This document shows positions 33,697 through 45,750 of a DNA stretch of 64,000 nt, in pieces; position 1 is the first letter of the stretch, and each line of letters starts with the position of its first letter. Source of the stretch: Actinomycetota bacterium (GTDB taxonomy: Bacteria > Actinomycetota > Actinomycetes > Actinomycetales > Microbacteriaceae); the NCBI GenBank assembly GCA_041181585.1, contig JBEGPG010000074.1, positions 35,778 through 99,777 on the forward strand. The letters are read 5' to 3'. The notes under the pieces are model-generated. The model ran no database searches and had not been told where the DNA came from. It saw only the letters and a program-made list of their open reading frames with translations. The position numbers and the translations under genes are program-made.

Positions 33697-35514
33697 CTAT
33701 TTGGTCAGAGAGTTGATTATTTGTGCAGCAAGACTTGAGCTTATTCCTGGTAAATCGGTGAGTTCGGCGATGCTTGCGGCAGCAACTCGCTTGATTGAAC
33801 CGAAATGCCTTAGTAGCAGTGCAATCTTTTTGGGCCCTAGACCCGGAATTTCATCGAGCTTCGTGGTCAAAGTAGCCGTTCGTTTCAAACGTTGGTGAGC
33901 AATCGCAAACCGGTGAGCCTCGTCTCGAAGATGTTGAATAAGAAATAGTTCTGCAGACGAACGAGGAAGAATTACTGGAAATTCATCGGTGGACGTCCAG
34001 AGTTCTTCCATTCGCTTGGCGATTCCGATAATTGCCACTTTCTCTAGGCCAGCCGAATGGGCTGCTCTAACCGCAGCATTCACCTGAGCTCTGGCGCCAT
34101 CCACCACAATGAGTGAAGGTGGGCTTTCTTCGGAAACCATGGCCTTGAACCTGCGAGCCAGAACCTGGTTCATGGCGTCAGTATCATCCGTCGCCGTCTC
34201 AAGTGTATATCGACGGTAAAGGTCTTTCTTTGGTCGGCCATCGATGAACACAACCTTGGATGCAACGATCCCAGTACCTGCCAAATGTGAAACATCGAAG
34301 CATTCGATGTTGATTGGAGGTGCATCAAGTCCTAACGCTTCCTGCAACTTCGAAAGAGCAACAGATCTGGAAGTAAAGTCGGTGGACCGCTTCAGTTTGT
34401 AGGAATCCAATGCATGGTGGGCATTCTTCCTGGCCGTCTCTAGTAGATTCATCTTCTCGCCACGCTTTGCCACCTTGATTGCCACTCGCCCAGCTCGTCT
34501 TTCTGACAATAGAGTTTCGAGTGAATCTTGCATGTCGGGGTTGGTCTCAACATAAATCTGTGCTGGTGGCGGATCAAATGCCTCGACGAGGTAAATATTC
34601 TCCAATGTGTAGGCGATCAATTCGGCTTCGGTTCGATCTAGCTCCAGGTCAACGACCCAGCTCTTTACACCTCGAATGCGCCCATCACGCACCATGAAAA
34701 GATTCGCTGCGGCCGTATATCCATCCATTGCGATTGAAACGAAGTCCGCGGAGGTATTGTCACTGAATACCACAGCGCTCTTGGCGCGTACCGCCTCCAA
34801 AGCCTGTATCTGATCACGGTATCCAGCAGCCGCTTCATAGTTTTGCTTCTCTGATGCAACGACCATGCGTTCACGAAAGTCTCGAATAAGTGAGTTATCC
34901 GAACTAGCGATGAAGCTGGCGAATGCTTTGGCAAGCTTGTCGTGTTCATCGCTCGTTATGCGCCCAACACAAGGAGCCGAGCATTTGCCAACATCCGCGA
35001 GCAGACATGGACGATTGGTGCGCTTAGCAGTTGCGAAAGTGGAAGCAGTGCAACTCCGCATTGGGAATACCCTTAGAAGACTGTCAATGGTTTCCCTAAC
35101 CGACCACGCCTGGGTGTACGGACCAAAATATTTGGTGCCGCCCGAGTTTCGGTTTCGGGTGATGAACACCCTCGGGAACTCTTCTTCCATTGAAATTGCC
35201 AAGTAAGGATAAGACTTATCGTCTTTGAATTGAACATTGAACGGAGGATTGAATTGCTTGATCCACGTGAACTCGAGCTGAAGTGCTTCGAACTCGGTTT
35301 TCACTATCGTCCAGTCGATTCGAACCGCAGAGGCAACCATGCGCCGTGTGCGTTCGTGCAGAGTCGATGGCTTGCCGAAATAACTGGTTAGACGAGAGCG
35401 TAAATTCTTCGCTTTGCCAACGTACAGAATTCGATTGTTGGAATCGAACCAGCGGTAAACCCCTGGATCGGTTGGGATCGAACCAGCCTTAGGAAACCAG
35501 CGTTCTTGGGCCAT
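33697..35514 (-). CDS. uvrC: excinuclease ABC subunit C
   Basis: GIY-YIG PGVYR...YVGKAKNLR, IECFDVSH, LRDEAHRFA, C-terminal HhH. Confidence 0.96.
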   Translation of the reverse strand: MAQERWFPKAGSIPTDPGVYRWFDSNNRILYVGKAKNLRSRLTSYFGKPSTLHERTRRMVASAVRIDWTIVKTEFEALQLEFTWIKQFNPPFNVQFKDDKSYPYLAISMEEEFPRVFITRNRNSGGTKYFGPYTQAWSVRETIDSLLRVFPMRSCTASTFATAKRTNRPCLLADVGKCSAPCVGRITSDEHDKLAKAFASFIASSDNSLIRDFRERMVVASEKQNYEAAAGYRDQIQALEAVRAKSAVVFSDNTSADFVSIAMDGYTAAANLFMVRDGRIRGVKSWVVDLELDRTEAELIAYTLENIYLVEAFDPPPAQIYVETNPDMQDSLETLLSERRAGRVAIKVAKRGEKMNLLETARKNAHHALDSYKLKRSTDFTSRSVALSKLQEALGLDAPPINIECFDVSHLAGTGIVASKVVFIDGRPKKDLYRRYTLETATDDTDAMNQVLARRFKAMVSEESPPSLIVVDGARAQVNAAVRAAHSAGLEKVAIIGIAKRMEELWTSTDEFPVILPRSSAELFLIQHLRDEAHRFAIAHQRLKRTATLTTKLDEIPGLGPKKIALLLRHFGSIKRVAAASIAELTDLPGISSSLAAQIINSLTK

Positions 35515-35523
35515 TGGTTTCCC

Positions 35524-38370
35524 CTAGAGAATTTCCTTCAGGAATTGACCAGTAAAGCTCTTCGCATTGCGTGCAACGTCTTCAGGTGAGCCTGTCGCAA
35601 TGATCTGACCACCACCGGCACCACCCTCAGGCCCTAAATCGATAATCCAATCGGAACAACGGATCACATCCAGGTTGTGTTCAATGACGATAACGGTGTT
35701 GCCCTTATCTACAAGACTGTTCAGGACCTCTAGCAACTTGCGGGTATCTTCAAAATGCAAACCGGTGGTCGGCTCATCGAGAACATAAATCGAACGACCA
35801 TTGCTACGCTTTTGCAGCTCGGTAGCAAGTTTGACTCTCTGTGCCTCTCCACCAGACAGCGTTGTAGCCGATTGACCGAGACGAACATAACCTAGACCTA
35901 CCGAGACAAGAGTGTCTAGATAGCGGGCGATGGCACTGACCGGCGCGAAGAACTCAGCAGCTTCGGCTATAGGCATCTCCAAGACTTCAGAGATGTTCTT
36001 CCCTTTGTAGTGCACCTGAAGCGTTTCACGGTTGTAGCGCTCTCCGTGGCAAACTTCACAGGCCACATAGACATCTGGAAGGAAATTCATTTCGATGCGT
36101 AAGGTTCCGTCGCCGCTACAGGCCTCACATCGGCCACCCTTTACGTTGAATGAGAACCGACCCTGCTGGTAACCTCGTACCTTTGCCTCAGAGGTTTCTG
36201 CGAAGAGTTTGCGAATGTGGTCGAAAACACCAGTGTAGGTTGCTGGGTTCGAACGTGGGGTTCGCCCAATTGGCGCTTGATCTACATGTACAACCTTGTC
36301 AAGGTGTTGCAACCCTTCGACACGAGAGTGCTTACCAGGTACACCTTTGGCCCCATTTAACCCATTTGCAAGAACTTGATAGAGAATGTCGTTGACCAGA
36401 GTGGACTTGCCGGAACCACTGACGCCGGTAACTGCAGTGAGAACACCCAACGGGAACGTGGCATCTACGTTCTTTAGGTTGTTTTCTCGTGCACCAATAA
36501 CATCGAGAACACGGTTTTTATCAATGGCACGTCGCTTGCTTGGTGTGATGATCGATTCGCGACCACTTAGGTATGCACCGGTGATCGACTTCTCGTTCTT
36601 GAGTAGTTCTTGGTACGTGCCAGAGTGCACGACTTCTCCGCCGTTGACACCGGCACCAGGTCCGATGTCGACAATCCAGTCCGAGGTCTTAATGGTGTCC
36701 TCATCGTGTTCAACTACTACAAGGGTGTTTCCAAGATCACGTAGTTTCACAAGTGTTTCAATAAGACGACGGTTGTCACGCTGATGGAGTCCGATGCTTG
36801 GCTCATCGAGGACATAAAGCACACCGGTTAGACCCGAGCCAATCTGAGTGGCCAGACGAATTCGCTGCGCTTCGCCGCCAGAAAGTGTTCCGGCAGCACG
36901 CTCAAGACTCAGATAATCAAGGCCAACATCGAGCAAGAAGGTGAGTCTCGCTTGAATCTCACGCAATACTTGAGCAGCGATTTTGCCCTCGCGTTCGTCA
37001 AGAGAGATCTCATTGAAGAACTTGGCACAGTCTCGTAGCGAAAGACGAGCAACATCTGCGATTGATGCACCCGAGACCTTTACAGCAAGCACCTCTGGAC
37101 GAAGGCGGGCACCGTCACAAGCCGAACAAGGTATTTCACGCAAGAATCCGGACCATCGGCCACGCTGAAAATCGTTCTCACTCTCAAGCCATTTGCGCTC
37201 AATGTAGGTCAATACGCCTTCGAAGCCGCTGGTGTATCGAAGTTCACGACCGTACTTGTTCTTCCATTTCACCTTGACGTTGAAATTGTTTCCATAGAGC
37301 ACAGCATTCTGGATGTCTTCATCGAGGTGCTTCCACGGTGTATCAAGTGAGAACTCGAGCTCAGACGCGAGTCCCTCGAGAACACGTGTAAAGAACCCGT
37401 ATAGTCCCTTACCTGGAGTGGACCACGGAACGATAACTCCCTCATTGATGCTCTGAGAAACATCGCCAATGACTAGCTCAGGTTCAACTGCCATTTTGGT
37501 TCCAAGCCCGCTACAGGCTTGGCAGGCACCGAATGGGGCATTGAACGAGAAGGTGCGAGGCTCGATCTCAGTGATCGCCAAGTCGTGGTCATTTGGGCAA
37601 GACATTTTCTCGCTGAAGGTACGAGAGACTCCTGGCTCATCTACAAAATCAATGATCAGTTTTCCATTTGCGAGCTTCAATGCAGTTTCGACCGAGTCAT
37701 TCAGACGTGAGACAATGTCACCCTTAGATACCAGACGGTCTACAACTACCGAAATGTCGTGCTTGAAGGTCTTCTTGAGTGGCTTTGCGTCAGCCAGGGT
37801 AATGGTTTCTCCATCAACTGTGACACGTGAGAATCCCTGCGACACCAGAGAGGAAAAAAGGTCAACGAACTCGCCTTTTTTTTGAGAGACGATTGGTGCC
37901 AGTACTTGGAAACGTGTTCCCTCAGGCAATTCCAATATCTGATCTACGATTTGTTGCGCTGACTGCTTGATAATCTTCTCGCCACATTCAGAACAGTGCG
38001 GAACACCAATTCTTGCCCATAGCAGACGTAGATAATCGTGTATTTCGGTTATGGTACCAACGGTTGATCTCGGGTTTCGATTCGTCGACTTCTGGTCGAT
38101 CGAAACAGCCGGTGAAAGTCCCTCGATAAAATCAACATCCGGGCGATCAACCTGCCCCAAAAATTGGCGCGCGTAGGCAGACAACGACTCCACATAGCGT
38201 CTCTGCCCTTCGGCGAAAATGGTGTCGAAGGCAAGCGATGACTTTCCCGATCCGCTTAGACCAGTGAAGACAACAAGCGAGTCTCTGGGAATTGAAAGTT
38301 CGATGTTCTTAAGGTTATGAACTCGTGCACCTTTGACGTGCAAAATGTTCTCGGGATTAGTACGACTCAC
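35524..38370 (-). CDS. uvrA: excinuclease ABC subunit A
   Basis: [23 protein letters not shown], two ABC domains, Zn fingers. Confidence 0.97.
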   Translation of the reverse strand: MSRTNPENILHVKGARVHNLKNIELSIPRDSLVVFTGLSGSGKSSLAFDTIFAEGQRRYVESLSAYARQFLGQVDRPDVDFIEGLSPAVSIDQKSTNRNPRSTVGTITEIHDYLRLLWARIGVPHCSECGEKIIKQSAQQIVDQILELPEGTRFQVLAPIVSQKKGEFVDLFSSLVSQGFSRVTVDGETITLADAKPLKKTFKHDISVVVDRLVSKGDIVSRLNDSVETALKLANGKLIIDFVDEPGVSRTFSEKMSCPNDHDLAITEIEPRTFSFNAPFGACQACSGLGTKMAVEPELVIGDVSQSINEGVIVPWSTPGKGLYGFFTRVLEGLASELEFSLDTPWKHLDEDIQNAVLYGNNFNVKVKWKNKYGRELRYTSGFEGVLTYIERKWLESENDFQRGRWSGFLREIPCSACDGARLRPEVLAVKVSGASIADVARLSLRDCAKFFNEISLDEREGKIAAQVLREIQARLTFLLDVGLDYLSLERAAGTLSGGEAQRIRLATQIGSGLTGVLYVLDEPSIGLHQRDNRRLIETLVKLRDLGNTLVVVEHDEDTIKTSDWIVDIGPGAGVNGGEVVHSGTYQELLKNEKSITGAYLSGRESIITPSKRRAIDKNRVLDVIGARENNLKNVDATFPLGVLTAVTGVSGSGKSTLVNDILYQVLANGLNGAKGVPGKHSRVEGLQHLDKVVHVDQAPIGRTPRSNPATYTGVFDHIRKLFAETSEAKVRGYQQGRFSFNVKGGRCEACSGDGTLRIEMNFLPDVYVACEVCHGERYNRETLQVHYKGKNISEVLEMPIAEAAEFFAPVSAIARYLDTLVSVGLGYVRLGQSATTLSGGEAQRVKLATELQKRSNGRSIYVLDEPTTGLHFEDTRKLLEVLNSLVDKGNTVIVIEHNLDVIRCSDWIIDLGPEGGAGGGQIIATGSPEDVARNAKSFTGQFLKEIL

Positions 38371-38386
38371 CTAAGTAGTCTAAATC

Positions 38387-40432
38387 TCAGGCGTGCCGTT
38401 CGATGTCGCGTAGCACTCTCTTCAGGTCAGAAACCTCGTCACGCAGTCTTGCCGCCAACTCAAATTGGAGTTCGCTAGCAGCTTGTTTCATCTCAGCCTC
38501 TAGTTCGAGTACGGTTGCCAGCAATTCGCTAGTGTCCTGAGATTTTGCCAACCGAAGTTTGCTACCTTTGCCCTCCTTCAAAGACTGGACGAGGTTCGCG
38601 GTATCTACTTCTTCTCGAATAATCTGATCCGTTAGGTCGGCAATCTTCTTCCGAAGCGGCTGTGGGTCAATCCCGTTTTCCTTGTTGTAAGCGATTTGCT
38701 TGGCGCGTCGACGATCCGTCTCTTCGATTGCCTGTTCCATCGCGGGAGTGATCCTTTCGGCATACATGTGAACCTCGCCGTTTACGTTACGTGCGGCACG
38801 ACCGATGGTTTGGATCAATGACGTTGCTGACCGGAGGAAGCCCTGCTTGTCGGCGTCTAGGATTGCCACGAGTGAAACCTCAGGAAGATCCAAGCCCTCA
38901 CGAAGCAAGTTGATTCCAATCAAAACGTCATAGACACCGGCTCGCAATTCAGTCAACAACTCAACTCGACGCAGGGTATCAACATCACTATGCAGGTAAC
39001 GAACTCGAACTCCAGCCTCACCAAAGAATTGTGTTAAATCTTCCGCCATGCGTTTGGTGAGCGTAGTTACCAGGACTCGCTCATCGCGCTCAGCTCGCAA
39101 CCGAATTTCTTCTAAGAGATCATCAACCTGGCCATCGATCGACTTGATGACAATCTTCGGGTCAACCAATCCGGTTGGTCGAATGATTTGCTCAACTGCT
39201 CCGTCGCTGCGAGCCAGTTCATACCTTCCTGGAGTTGCCGATAGGTAGACTGTCTGCCCCACTCGCTCCTCGAACTCAGAGAACTTCAAAGGCCGGTTGT
39301 CCAGTGCCGAAGGTAGTCGGAAACCGTGCTCTACCAAGGTTCGTTTGCGACTCGAATCACCCTCATACATCGCACCGATCTGTGGAACCGTCACGTGAGA
39401 TTCGTCTATGACGGTAAGGAAATCTTCTGGAAAGAAGTCGAGCAAACAGCTTGGTGCACTCCCCTGTGCGCGACCATCAATGTGTCGAGAATAGTTCTCG
39501 ATTCCAGAGCAGAATCCAATCTCCCGGATCATTTCTAGATCGAAAGTGGTCCTCATCTTCAGACGCTGGGCTTCCAAGAGTTTGCCCTGCCCCTCGAGTT
39601 CGCTCAATCTAGCAGCCAATTCATCTTCGATGGCTTCAATGGCCCGACCCATTTGCTCAGGTGGGGCTACGTAATAACTGGCTGGGAAAACAGCAACGTG
39701 GTCGGCTTGAGAAACAATTTCTCCCGTGAGTGCCGATAGTGAGTAGATAGCCTCGATTTCGTCCCCGAAGAATTCGATTCGTGTTGCCAGCTCATCGTAA
39801 ACCGGGATGATTTCTACCGTGTCGCCCTTCACACGGAAGTTTCCACGAGCAAAGTCATAGTCGTTTCGCTTGTATTGCAGGTCAACAAACTTACGAATTA
39901 GATCGTCACGATCGATTCGATCGCCAACTTGAAGTGAGATCGACTGATTTAAATACTCCGCAGGTGCTCCAAGACCGTAGATGCAGCTAACCGTAGAAAC
40001 CACTACGACGTCGCGACGCGAAAGCAGGCTCATGGTTGCCTTGTATCGCAATCGCTCTACCTCTTCGTTTATCGAAGAGTCTTTCTCGATAAAGGTGTCA
40101 GTCTGAGGCACATAGGCTTCAGGCTGGTAGTAGTCGTAATAGCTAACGAAGTACTCTACGGCATTGTTCGGAAGGAGTTCACGGAACTCATTTACGAGTT
40201 GCGCGGCCAAAGTCTTGTTGTGTGCCAGCACCAGCGTTGGTCGCTGAAGCTCCTCGATAAGCCAGGCAGTTGTTGCCGACTTACCGGTACCAGTTGCACC
40301 AAGCAACACAACATCCTTTTCGCCTGCACGAATGCGTGCGGCAAGCTCTCCAATTGCGGTCGGTTGATCCCCTGAAGGCTGGTATTCGCTGATCACCTTG
40401 AACGGGTGCACCGTTCTGGTCGGTTCAGTCAT
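38387..40432 (-). CDS. uvrB: excinuclease ABC subunit B
   Basis: [32 protein letters not shown]-terminal UVR domain. Confidence 0.97.
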   Translation of the reverse strand: MTEPTRTVHPFKVISEYQPSGDQPTAIGELAARIRAGEKDVVLLGATGTGKSATTAWLIEELQRPTLVLAHNKTLAAQLVNEFRELLPNNAVEYFVSYYDYYQPEAYVPQTDTFIEKDSSINEEVERLRYKATMSLLSRRDVVVVSTVSCIYGLGAPAEYLNQSISLQVGDRIDRDDLIRKFVDLQYKRNDYDFARGNFRVKGDTVEIIPVYDELATRIEFFGDEIEAIYSLSALTGEIVSQADHVAVFPASYYVAPPEQMGRAIEAIEDELAARLSELEGQGKLLEAQRLKMRTTFDLEMIREIGFCSGIENYSRHIDGRAQGSAPSCLLDFFPEDFLTVIDESHVTVPQIGAMYEGDSSRKRTLVEHGFRLPSALDNRPLKFSEFEERVGQTVYLSATPGRYELARSDGAVEQIIRPTGLVDPKIVIKSIDGQVDDLLEEIRLRAERDERVLVTTLTKRMAEDLTQFFGEAGVRVRYLHSDVDTLRRVELLTELRAGVYDVLIGINLLREGLDLPEVSLVAILDADKQGFLRSATSLIQTIGRAARNVNGEVHMYAERITPAMEQAIEETDRRRAKQIAYNKENGIDPQPLRKKIADLTDQIIREEVDTANLVQSLKEGKGSKLRLAKSQDTSELLATVLELEAEMKQAASELQFELAARLRDEVSDLKRVLRDIERHA

Positions 40433-41036
40433 TGGACTTCTTTTCTGCGGCTAGTTTTTCAATTCTCGACCATAGCTGAGTTGCGTCTTTTAGAAGCAGT
40501 TCCCTCGATTGGTTAGAACTTAAGATCACATCGGATCGATTAGCGCGATCGGCGGGATTCGCCTGGCTGGAAATGCGAGCTCGTGCCTGCGCTTCAGACA
40601 TGCCTCTGGTGCCGACTAGTCTCGAAACTTGGTCTGATTCTGGCGCCTCCACGGTAACCACAAAGTCAAAGGGTAAATCAGAATTAGACTCCACCAGAAG
40701 CGGGATCACGTAGACCAAGACGTCAGCTTGACTATCAGTTACCGCTTTAAGTGCAAGTTGCTTGATCAAGGGATGCAGCACATTCTCGACTCTCATACGC
40801 ATCGATGGATCCGCAAAGATGACTGCGGCAAGGCGTTCCCTGTTCAAGGTTCCATCCTTGTTCAAAATGGAATCACCCAGAAGTTCGACGAGCAGACCCA
40901 AGCCCTCCGAACCCGGTTCAACGACCTCACGAGCCAGTACGTCGGCATCAACCACCTCAGCGCCAAGCGACTCCCAGAGAGTGGAAACAGTCGACTTGCC
41001 TGCGGCAATTCCGCCGGTGAGACCTACGAGAAACAT
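40425..41036 (-). CDS. coaE: dephospho-CoA kinase
   Basis: [27 protein letters not shown]. Confidence 0.93.
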   Translation of the reverse strand: MFLVGLTGGIAAGKSTVSTLWESLGAEVVDADVLAREVVEPGSEGLGLLVELLGDSILNKDGTLNRERLAAVIFADPSMRMRVENVLHPLIKQLALKAVTDSQADVLVYVIPLLVESNSDLPFDFVVTVEAPESDQVSRLVGTRGMSEAQARARISSQANPADRANRSDVILSSNQSRELLLKDATQLWSRIEKLAAEKKSND

Positions 41037-41056
41037 ATACCTAGCCTAGTTAAAGT

Positions 41057-41090
41057 ATTTGGGCCGACTCCCAAAGGAATCGGCCCAAAT
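41057..41090 (-). terminator. rpsA terminator hairpin
   Basis: ATTTGGGCCGA...TCGGCCCAAAT stem 12 nt after the rpsA stop. Confidence 0.8.
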
Positions 41091-41102
41091 GACTACTAGA
41101 AG

Positions 41103-42563
41103 TTACTCTGCGCTCTTTAGCTTGTCGCGAAGAGCCGCTAGCGACTCGTCGGCGGCTAGAGTGCCAGCCTCAGAAGCCGACTCGCTCGAGTAGCTGCTGT
41201 TGCTTTCGGTAGCTGCAGGTGCGTCTGGAAGGGTTGCAGCAAGTTCGTTTGCAACCTTTACCTGGCGCTTGTGCTCTTCCCAACGGGCGTGAGCTTCAGC
41301 GTATTCCTTCTCCCACTTAGCGCGAGCCTCTTCGAAACCGGCCTTCCACTCGTTGGTGGCTGGGTCGAAGCCCTCTGGGTACTTGTACTGACCTTGCTCG
41401 TCGTAGTCCGCAGCCATACCGTAAAGTGCTGGGTTGAATTCGGTGCCCTCTGGGTCAACCTCTTCGTTAGCCTGCTTTAGGGAAAGCGAAATGCGGCGAC
41501 GCTCTAGATCGATGTCGATTACCTTCACGAATACGTCCTGGTTCACCGAAACAACCTGTTCGGCTAGCTCGATGTGCTTGGCCGAAAGTTCGCTGATGTG
41601 TACTAGTCCTTCGATACCATCGGCAACTCGAACGAATGCACCGAAAGGAACCAACTTGGTGACCTTACCTGGAGCGAACTGTCCGATCGCGTGGGTACGA
41701 GCGAATACCTGCCATGGGTCTTCCTGAGTTGCCTTAAGCGATAGCGAAACGCGCTCGCGGTCCTGGTCAACTTCAAGAACCTCAACGGTAACTTCCTGGC
41801 CGATTTCAACAACCTCAGAAGCGTGTTCGATGTGCTTCCACGAAAGCTCTGAAACGTGAACTAGTCCGTCTACGCCGCCAAGGTCGATAAATGCACCGAA
41901 GTTTACGATCGACGAAACTACACCGGTACGGATCTGTCCCTTGGCTAGATCTGCAAGGAAGGTGGTGCGGCCAGCAGCCTGGCTTTCCTCTAGAAGTGCG
42001 CGACGCGAAAGCACAACGTTGTTGCGGTTCTTGTCGAGCTCAAGGATCTTCGCTTCAACCTTCTGGCCTAGATATGGGCCTAGGTCGCGAACGCGACGAA
42101 GCTCGATTAGCGAAGCAGGAAGGAATCCACGTAGACCGATGTCAACGATTAGACCACCCTTAACAACTTCGATAACGGTACCTTCAACGGTTCCGTCCTC
42201 GTTCTTAACCTTCTCAACATCACCCCACGCGCGCTCGTACTGGGCACGCTTCTTGGAAAGAATTAGTCGGCCTTCTTTGTCTTCCTTTTGAAGAACAAGT
42301 GCCTCAATTGAATCGCCCACTGCAACGATGTCACTTGGGTCTGCGTCGTGGCGGATAGATAGCTCACGGGAAGGGATTACACCTTCGGTCTTGTAACCAA
42401 CGTCGAGAAGAACCTCGTCGCGGTCGATCTTTACTACGGTTCCGGCAATTAGGTCGCCGTCATTGAAGAACTTTAGAGTCTTCTCAACCGCTGCTAGGAA
42501 GTCTTCTGCGGTGCCGATGTCATTTACGGCTACCTGCTTGGCTGCCTTTGGGGTGTTTGTCAT
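41103..42563 (-). CDS. rpsA: 30S ribosomal protein S1
   Basis: Four S1 domains; actinobacterial N-terminus QVAVNDIG and C-terminus LAALRDKL. Confidence 0.97.
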   Translation of the reverse strand: MTNTPKAAKQVAVNDIGTAEDFLAAVEKTLKFFNDGDLIAGTVVKIDRDEVLLDVGYKTEGVIPSRELSIRHDADPSDIVAVGDSIEALVLQKEDKEGRLILSKKRAQYERAWGDVEKVKNEDGTVEGTVIEVVKGGLIVDIGLRGFLPASLIELRRVRDLGPYLGQKVEAKILELDKNRNNVVLSRRALLEESQAAGRTTFLADLAKGQIRTGVVSSIVNFGAFIDLGGVDGLVHVSELSWKHIEHASEVVEIGQEVTVEVLEVDQDRERVSLSLKATQEDPWQVFARTHAIGQFAPGKVTKLVPFGAFVRVADGIEGLVHISELSAKHIELAEQVVSVNQDVFVKVIDIDLERRRISLSLKQANEEVDPEGTEFNPALYGMAADYDEQGQYKYPEGFDPATNEWKAGFEEARAKWEKEYAEAHARWEEHKRQVKVANELAATLPDAPAATESNSSYSSESASEAGTLAADESLAALRDKLKSAE

Positions 42564-42679
42564 ATTTTGTTTTACTCTACGGACATACTCGGGTCTGACC
42601 TTGCGATCAAACGATGGATAGGAAAATCATGCCGAAAGGCACCAGATAAGCCTACACCGAGATTCCGGCTCAAACAACG

Positions 42680-45283
42680 CTAATGACCAGCGGTTTCCCA
42701 GGTCTTCCCAACTCCGACATGCACTTCGAGTGGAACATCAAGCGAGACGACCGACTGCATCTCCCCTACAACCAGTTCGCGAAGCAACTCAAGTTCGCCA
42801 GGTGCAACTTCAAAAACCAACTCGTCATGCACTTGTAGCAGCATTCGACTCTTAAGGCGTGCTTGGACCATACGTCGATCGATGTTGATCATTGCCAGCT
42901 TCATGATGTCGGCAGCGGTTCCTTGAATCGGCGCATTGAGTGCAGCGCGACGGGCATTCTCACGAATCTGGAAGATTGGTGACTTTAGATCGTCGAACGG
43001 ACGTCGTCGACCACTGGTTGTCGCGGTGTAGCCGTTCAACTTAGCTCCATCGACAACCGAAGCCAAGTAGCGTCGTACTCCCCCGAATCGGTCAAAGTAA
43101 TCAGACATTAGCTGTTTAGCTTCGCCATTGGTTATCTTCAGCTGCTTTGCTAGACCATACTCACTAAGACCATAGACGAGGCCGTAACTCATGGCCTTCA
43201 CCTTGGAACGCATTGCCGGAGTTACCTCGGCTGGCGCCACCCCGAACACACGTGCTCCAACAAAGCGGTGCAGGTCTTCACCGTCCTTGAACGCCTGTAT
43301 TAGACCTTCATCACCCGAAAGCTGCGCCATGATGCGCATTTCGATTTGCGAGTAATCGGCAGTTAGAAGAGTCTCAAATCCTTCCCCAGCCACGAAGCAA
43401 TCTCGTATTTCCTTACCAATTGGGCTCTTGATAGGAATGTTCTGAAGGTTTGGGTTTTCCGAAGACAACCGGCCGGTGGAAGTACCGGTTTGTACATAGC
43501 TGGTGTGCACTCGTTGGTCTAGAGCAACGCCCTTGAGAATAATTTCGATCATCTGGCGCATCTTGGTTACCTCACGGTGTTCCAGAAGCTTTTCCAGGAA
43601 CGGATGGCCGGTTTGTTCAAAAAGGGTGGTTAGCGCTTCGGCATTTGTTGAAAATCCGGTCTTAACTGACTTGGTCCCGGTCATGCCTAGATCTTCAAAT
43701 AGGACCGATTGAAGTTGCTTAGGGGAATTGAGGTTTATCTCTTTGCCGATAATTGCGTAACAAGCGCTGGCCACCTGCTCAGCACGCGTAGTTAATTCAA
43801 CTAGCAGCTCGTTTAACTTGGTCGAATTCACGAGGATTCCTGCGTGCTCCATCTTCGCTAGAACATGGGAACTTGGGAGTTCAATGTCGCTAAGAACCTT
43901 GTCCTGTCGCGTACTTAAAACCGCCTCGGCAACTCTCGAGTGCAGTTGCGCAGACATCCATGCTTCGAGTGCAATTCCAGAAACAGTCGAATCTTCGGAA
44001 ACGACGAAACCAGTGAAGTCTTCCGTTAGTTTCCTTAGCGTGTAATCACGACGCACCGGATCTACGAGGTAACTCTCAAGCAATGGATCCCCGACGATTC
44101 CAGCAAGCTCGAGTGCGCTAGAAAGAAGTCGAAGCTCGACAGTCTTTGAGTCGAAGACAATTTTTGGAGCCTCGGATGCCAACCACGCCACTGGCAAGGA
44201 ATCGGAAGTTACTAATTCACTACCGTTGAATGCGGCAAACCCACTATCGAAAGCGAAGGAAACAGCAGAGGGCTGGGCCTCTAACCATACTGATAGTTCG
44301 GATTCGCTGAGGGGCTTTGGAGTCGGAATTTCGAAAGCCTCGAACGGCGATTGCACAGCTTCTGGTGAAGCCGAGTCTGGGGACTCTGCGTTCTGTACTC
44401 CGCGAAGCTTTAAGACCCGTTCGGTAAGCGAACGGAATCCGAGTTTGGTGAAGACTTCGCGAACCTTCTCATGGTCTACACCGACCAGCTTCAGTTCGTC
44501 GAACTCAACTCCAAGGTCCAGATCACGCACCAAGTGATTTAGGCGACGATTGCGAATCGCATTGTCTCTAAACTCACGAAGTTGTTCCCCAACTTTGCCA
44601 CCGATGAGATGTGCATTAGCCAAGATTCCATCGAGCGAGCCATGCTCTGCGATCCATTTGGCTGCCGTCTTAGGCCCAACGCTAGGAACACCAATGAGGT
44701 TATCGGAAGTCTCGCCAACCAGAGCCGCTAGATCCGGATACTGCTTCGCATGTACACCATATTTCTCAAAAACAGCAGCGTCGTCCATGCGAGCCAAATT
44801 CAACACACCCTTCACCGGATAGAGAATCGTGGTCTCTGGACGAATCAACTGGAAGGTGTCGCGGTCTCCCGATACTACGTAAACCCTGAAGCCTGCGTCA
44901 GCAGCTTGATCGGCAAATGACGCCAAGATGTCATCCGCTTCGTAGTTTTCGCGCGTAAAAGTGCGAATGTTCATGGCGGCTAGGGTTTCGTGAAGTAACT
45001 CGGTCTGACCATTGAACTCAGGCGGAGTTTCGCCTCTGGTGCCCTTATAGGCCGGATACTCAGCGGTACGGAAACTCTCACGAGAAAGATCAAAGGCGAC
45101 CGCAAGGTGGGTTGGCTTTTCGGCACCAAGAATGTTCAACAACATACTTATGAAGCCATGTACGGCGTTCGTGTGCTGACCATTTGGTGCACGGAAACTA
45201 TCCGGAGAGAGCGCATAAAAGGCTCGGAATGCCAATGAGTGGCCATCAATGAGTAAAAGAGTAGGCTTTGCACTATCGGACAT
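42680..45283 (-). CDS. polA: DNA polymerase I
   Basis: 5'-3' exonuclease LIDGHSLAFRAF/EADD; polymerase motifs DYSQIEMR, KAMSYGLVYG, QVHDEL. Confidence 0.97.
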   Translation of the reverse strand: MSDSAKPTLLLIDGHSLAFRAFYALSPDSFRAPNGQHTNAVHGFISMLLNILGAEKPTHLAVAFDLSRESFRTAEYPAYKGTRGETPPEFNGQTELLHETLAAMNIRTFTRENYEADDILASFADQAADAGFRVYVVSGDRDTFQLIRPETTILYPVKGVLNLARMDDAAVFEKYGVHAKQYPDLAALVGETSDNLIGVPSVGPKTAAKWIAEHGSLDGILANAHLIGGKVGEQLREFRDNAIRNRRLNHLVRDLDLGVEFDELKLVGVDHEKVREVFTKLGFRSLTERVLKLRGVQNAESPDSASPEAVQSPFEAFEIPTPKPLSESELSVWLEAQPSAVSFAFDSGFAAFNGSELVTSDSLPVAWLASEAPKIVFDSKTVELRLLSSALELAGIVGDPLLESYLVDPVRRDYTLRKLTEDFTGFVVSEDSTVSGIALEAWMSAQLHSRVAEAVLSTRQDKVLSDIELPSSHVLAKMEHAGILVNSTKLNELLVELTTRAEQVASACYAIIGKEINLNSPKQLQSVLFEDLGMTGTKSVKTGFSTNAEALTTLFEQTGHPFLEKLLEHREVTKMRQMIEIILKGVALDQRVHTSYVQTGTSTGRLSSENPNLQNIPIKSPIGKEIRDCFVAGEGFETLLTADYSQIEMRIMAQLSGDEGLIQAFKDGEDLHRFVGARVFGVAPAEVTPAMRSKVKAMSYGLVYGLSEYGLAKQLKITNGEAKQLMSDYFDRFGGVRRYLASVVDGAKLNGYTATTSGRRRPFDDLKSPIFQIRENARRAALNAPIQGTAADIMKLAMINIDRRMVQARLKSRMLLQVHDELVFEVAPGELELLRELVVGEMQSVVSLDVPLEVHVGVGKTWETAGH

Positions 45284-45321
45284 GCATTAACCCTACTTCC
45301 CCATCTTTCGAAAGGTACGTC

Positions 45322-45750
45322 TTGTCAGAGCCCAAACTCTCAGAATCTGCCATGGAACTAATGAAGCACCGCGGCTTAGGCGAACTCGCCGAACGAATGG
45401 GTATCCAACTGCTCGAATTGAGCGCCGAGCACACGGTCGCCACCATGCCGGTTATAGGTAATCGCCAGCCTTTGGGTTTGGTTAACGGTGGCGCCTATCT
45501 GGTGCTTGGCGAAACTCTAGGCTCTTTATCGGCAAACGTCTGGGCGCACACGATGGGAAAAGTTGCCGTTGGAATCGAGATAAACGCATCTCATTCGCGA
45601 TCGGCAACGGAAGGATCAGTAAAAGCGGTTTGCAACTCTATTTCGCTGGGACGCACCGTCGCGGTGCATGAAATCGTTTGCTACGACGACAAAGAAATGC
45701 GTCTAAGCACCGTAAGAATCACTAACCTGATTCGCGACAAAAAGAACTAG
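45322..45750 (+). CDS. PaaI/hotdog-fold thioesterase
   Basis: MPV.GNRQPLGLVNGGA..VLGETLGS, VGIEINASH; TTG at 45322 follows GAAAGG. Confidence 0.87.
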   Translation: MSEPKLSESAMELMKHRGLGELAERMGIQLLELSAEHTVATMPVIGNRQPLGLVNGGAYLVLGETLGSLSANVWAHTMGKVAVGIEINASHSRSATEGSVKAVCNSISLGRTVAVHEIVCYDDKEMRLSTVRITNLIRDKKN

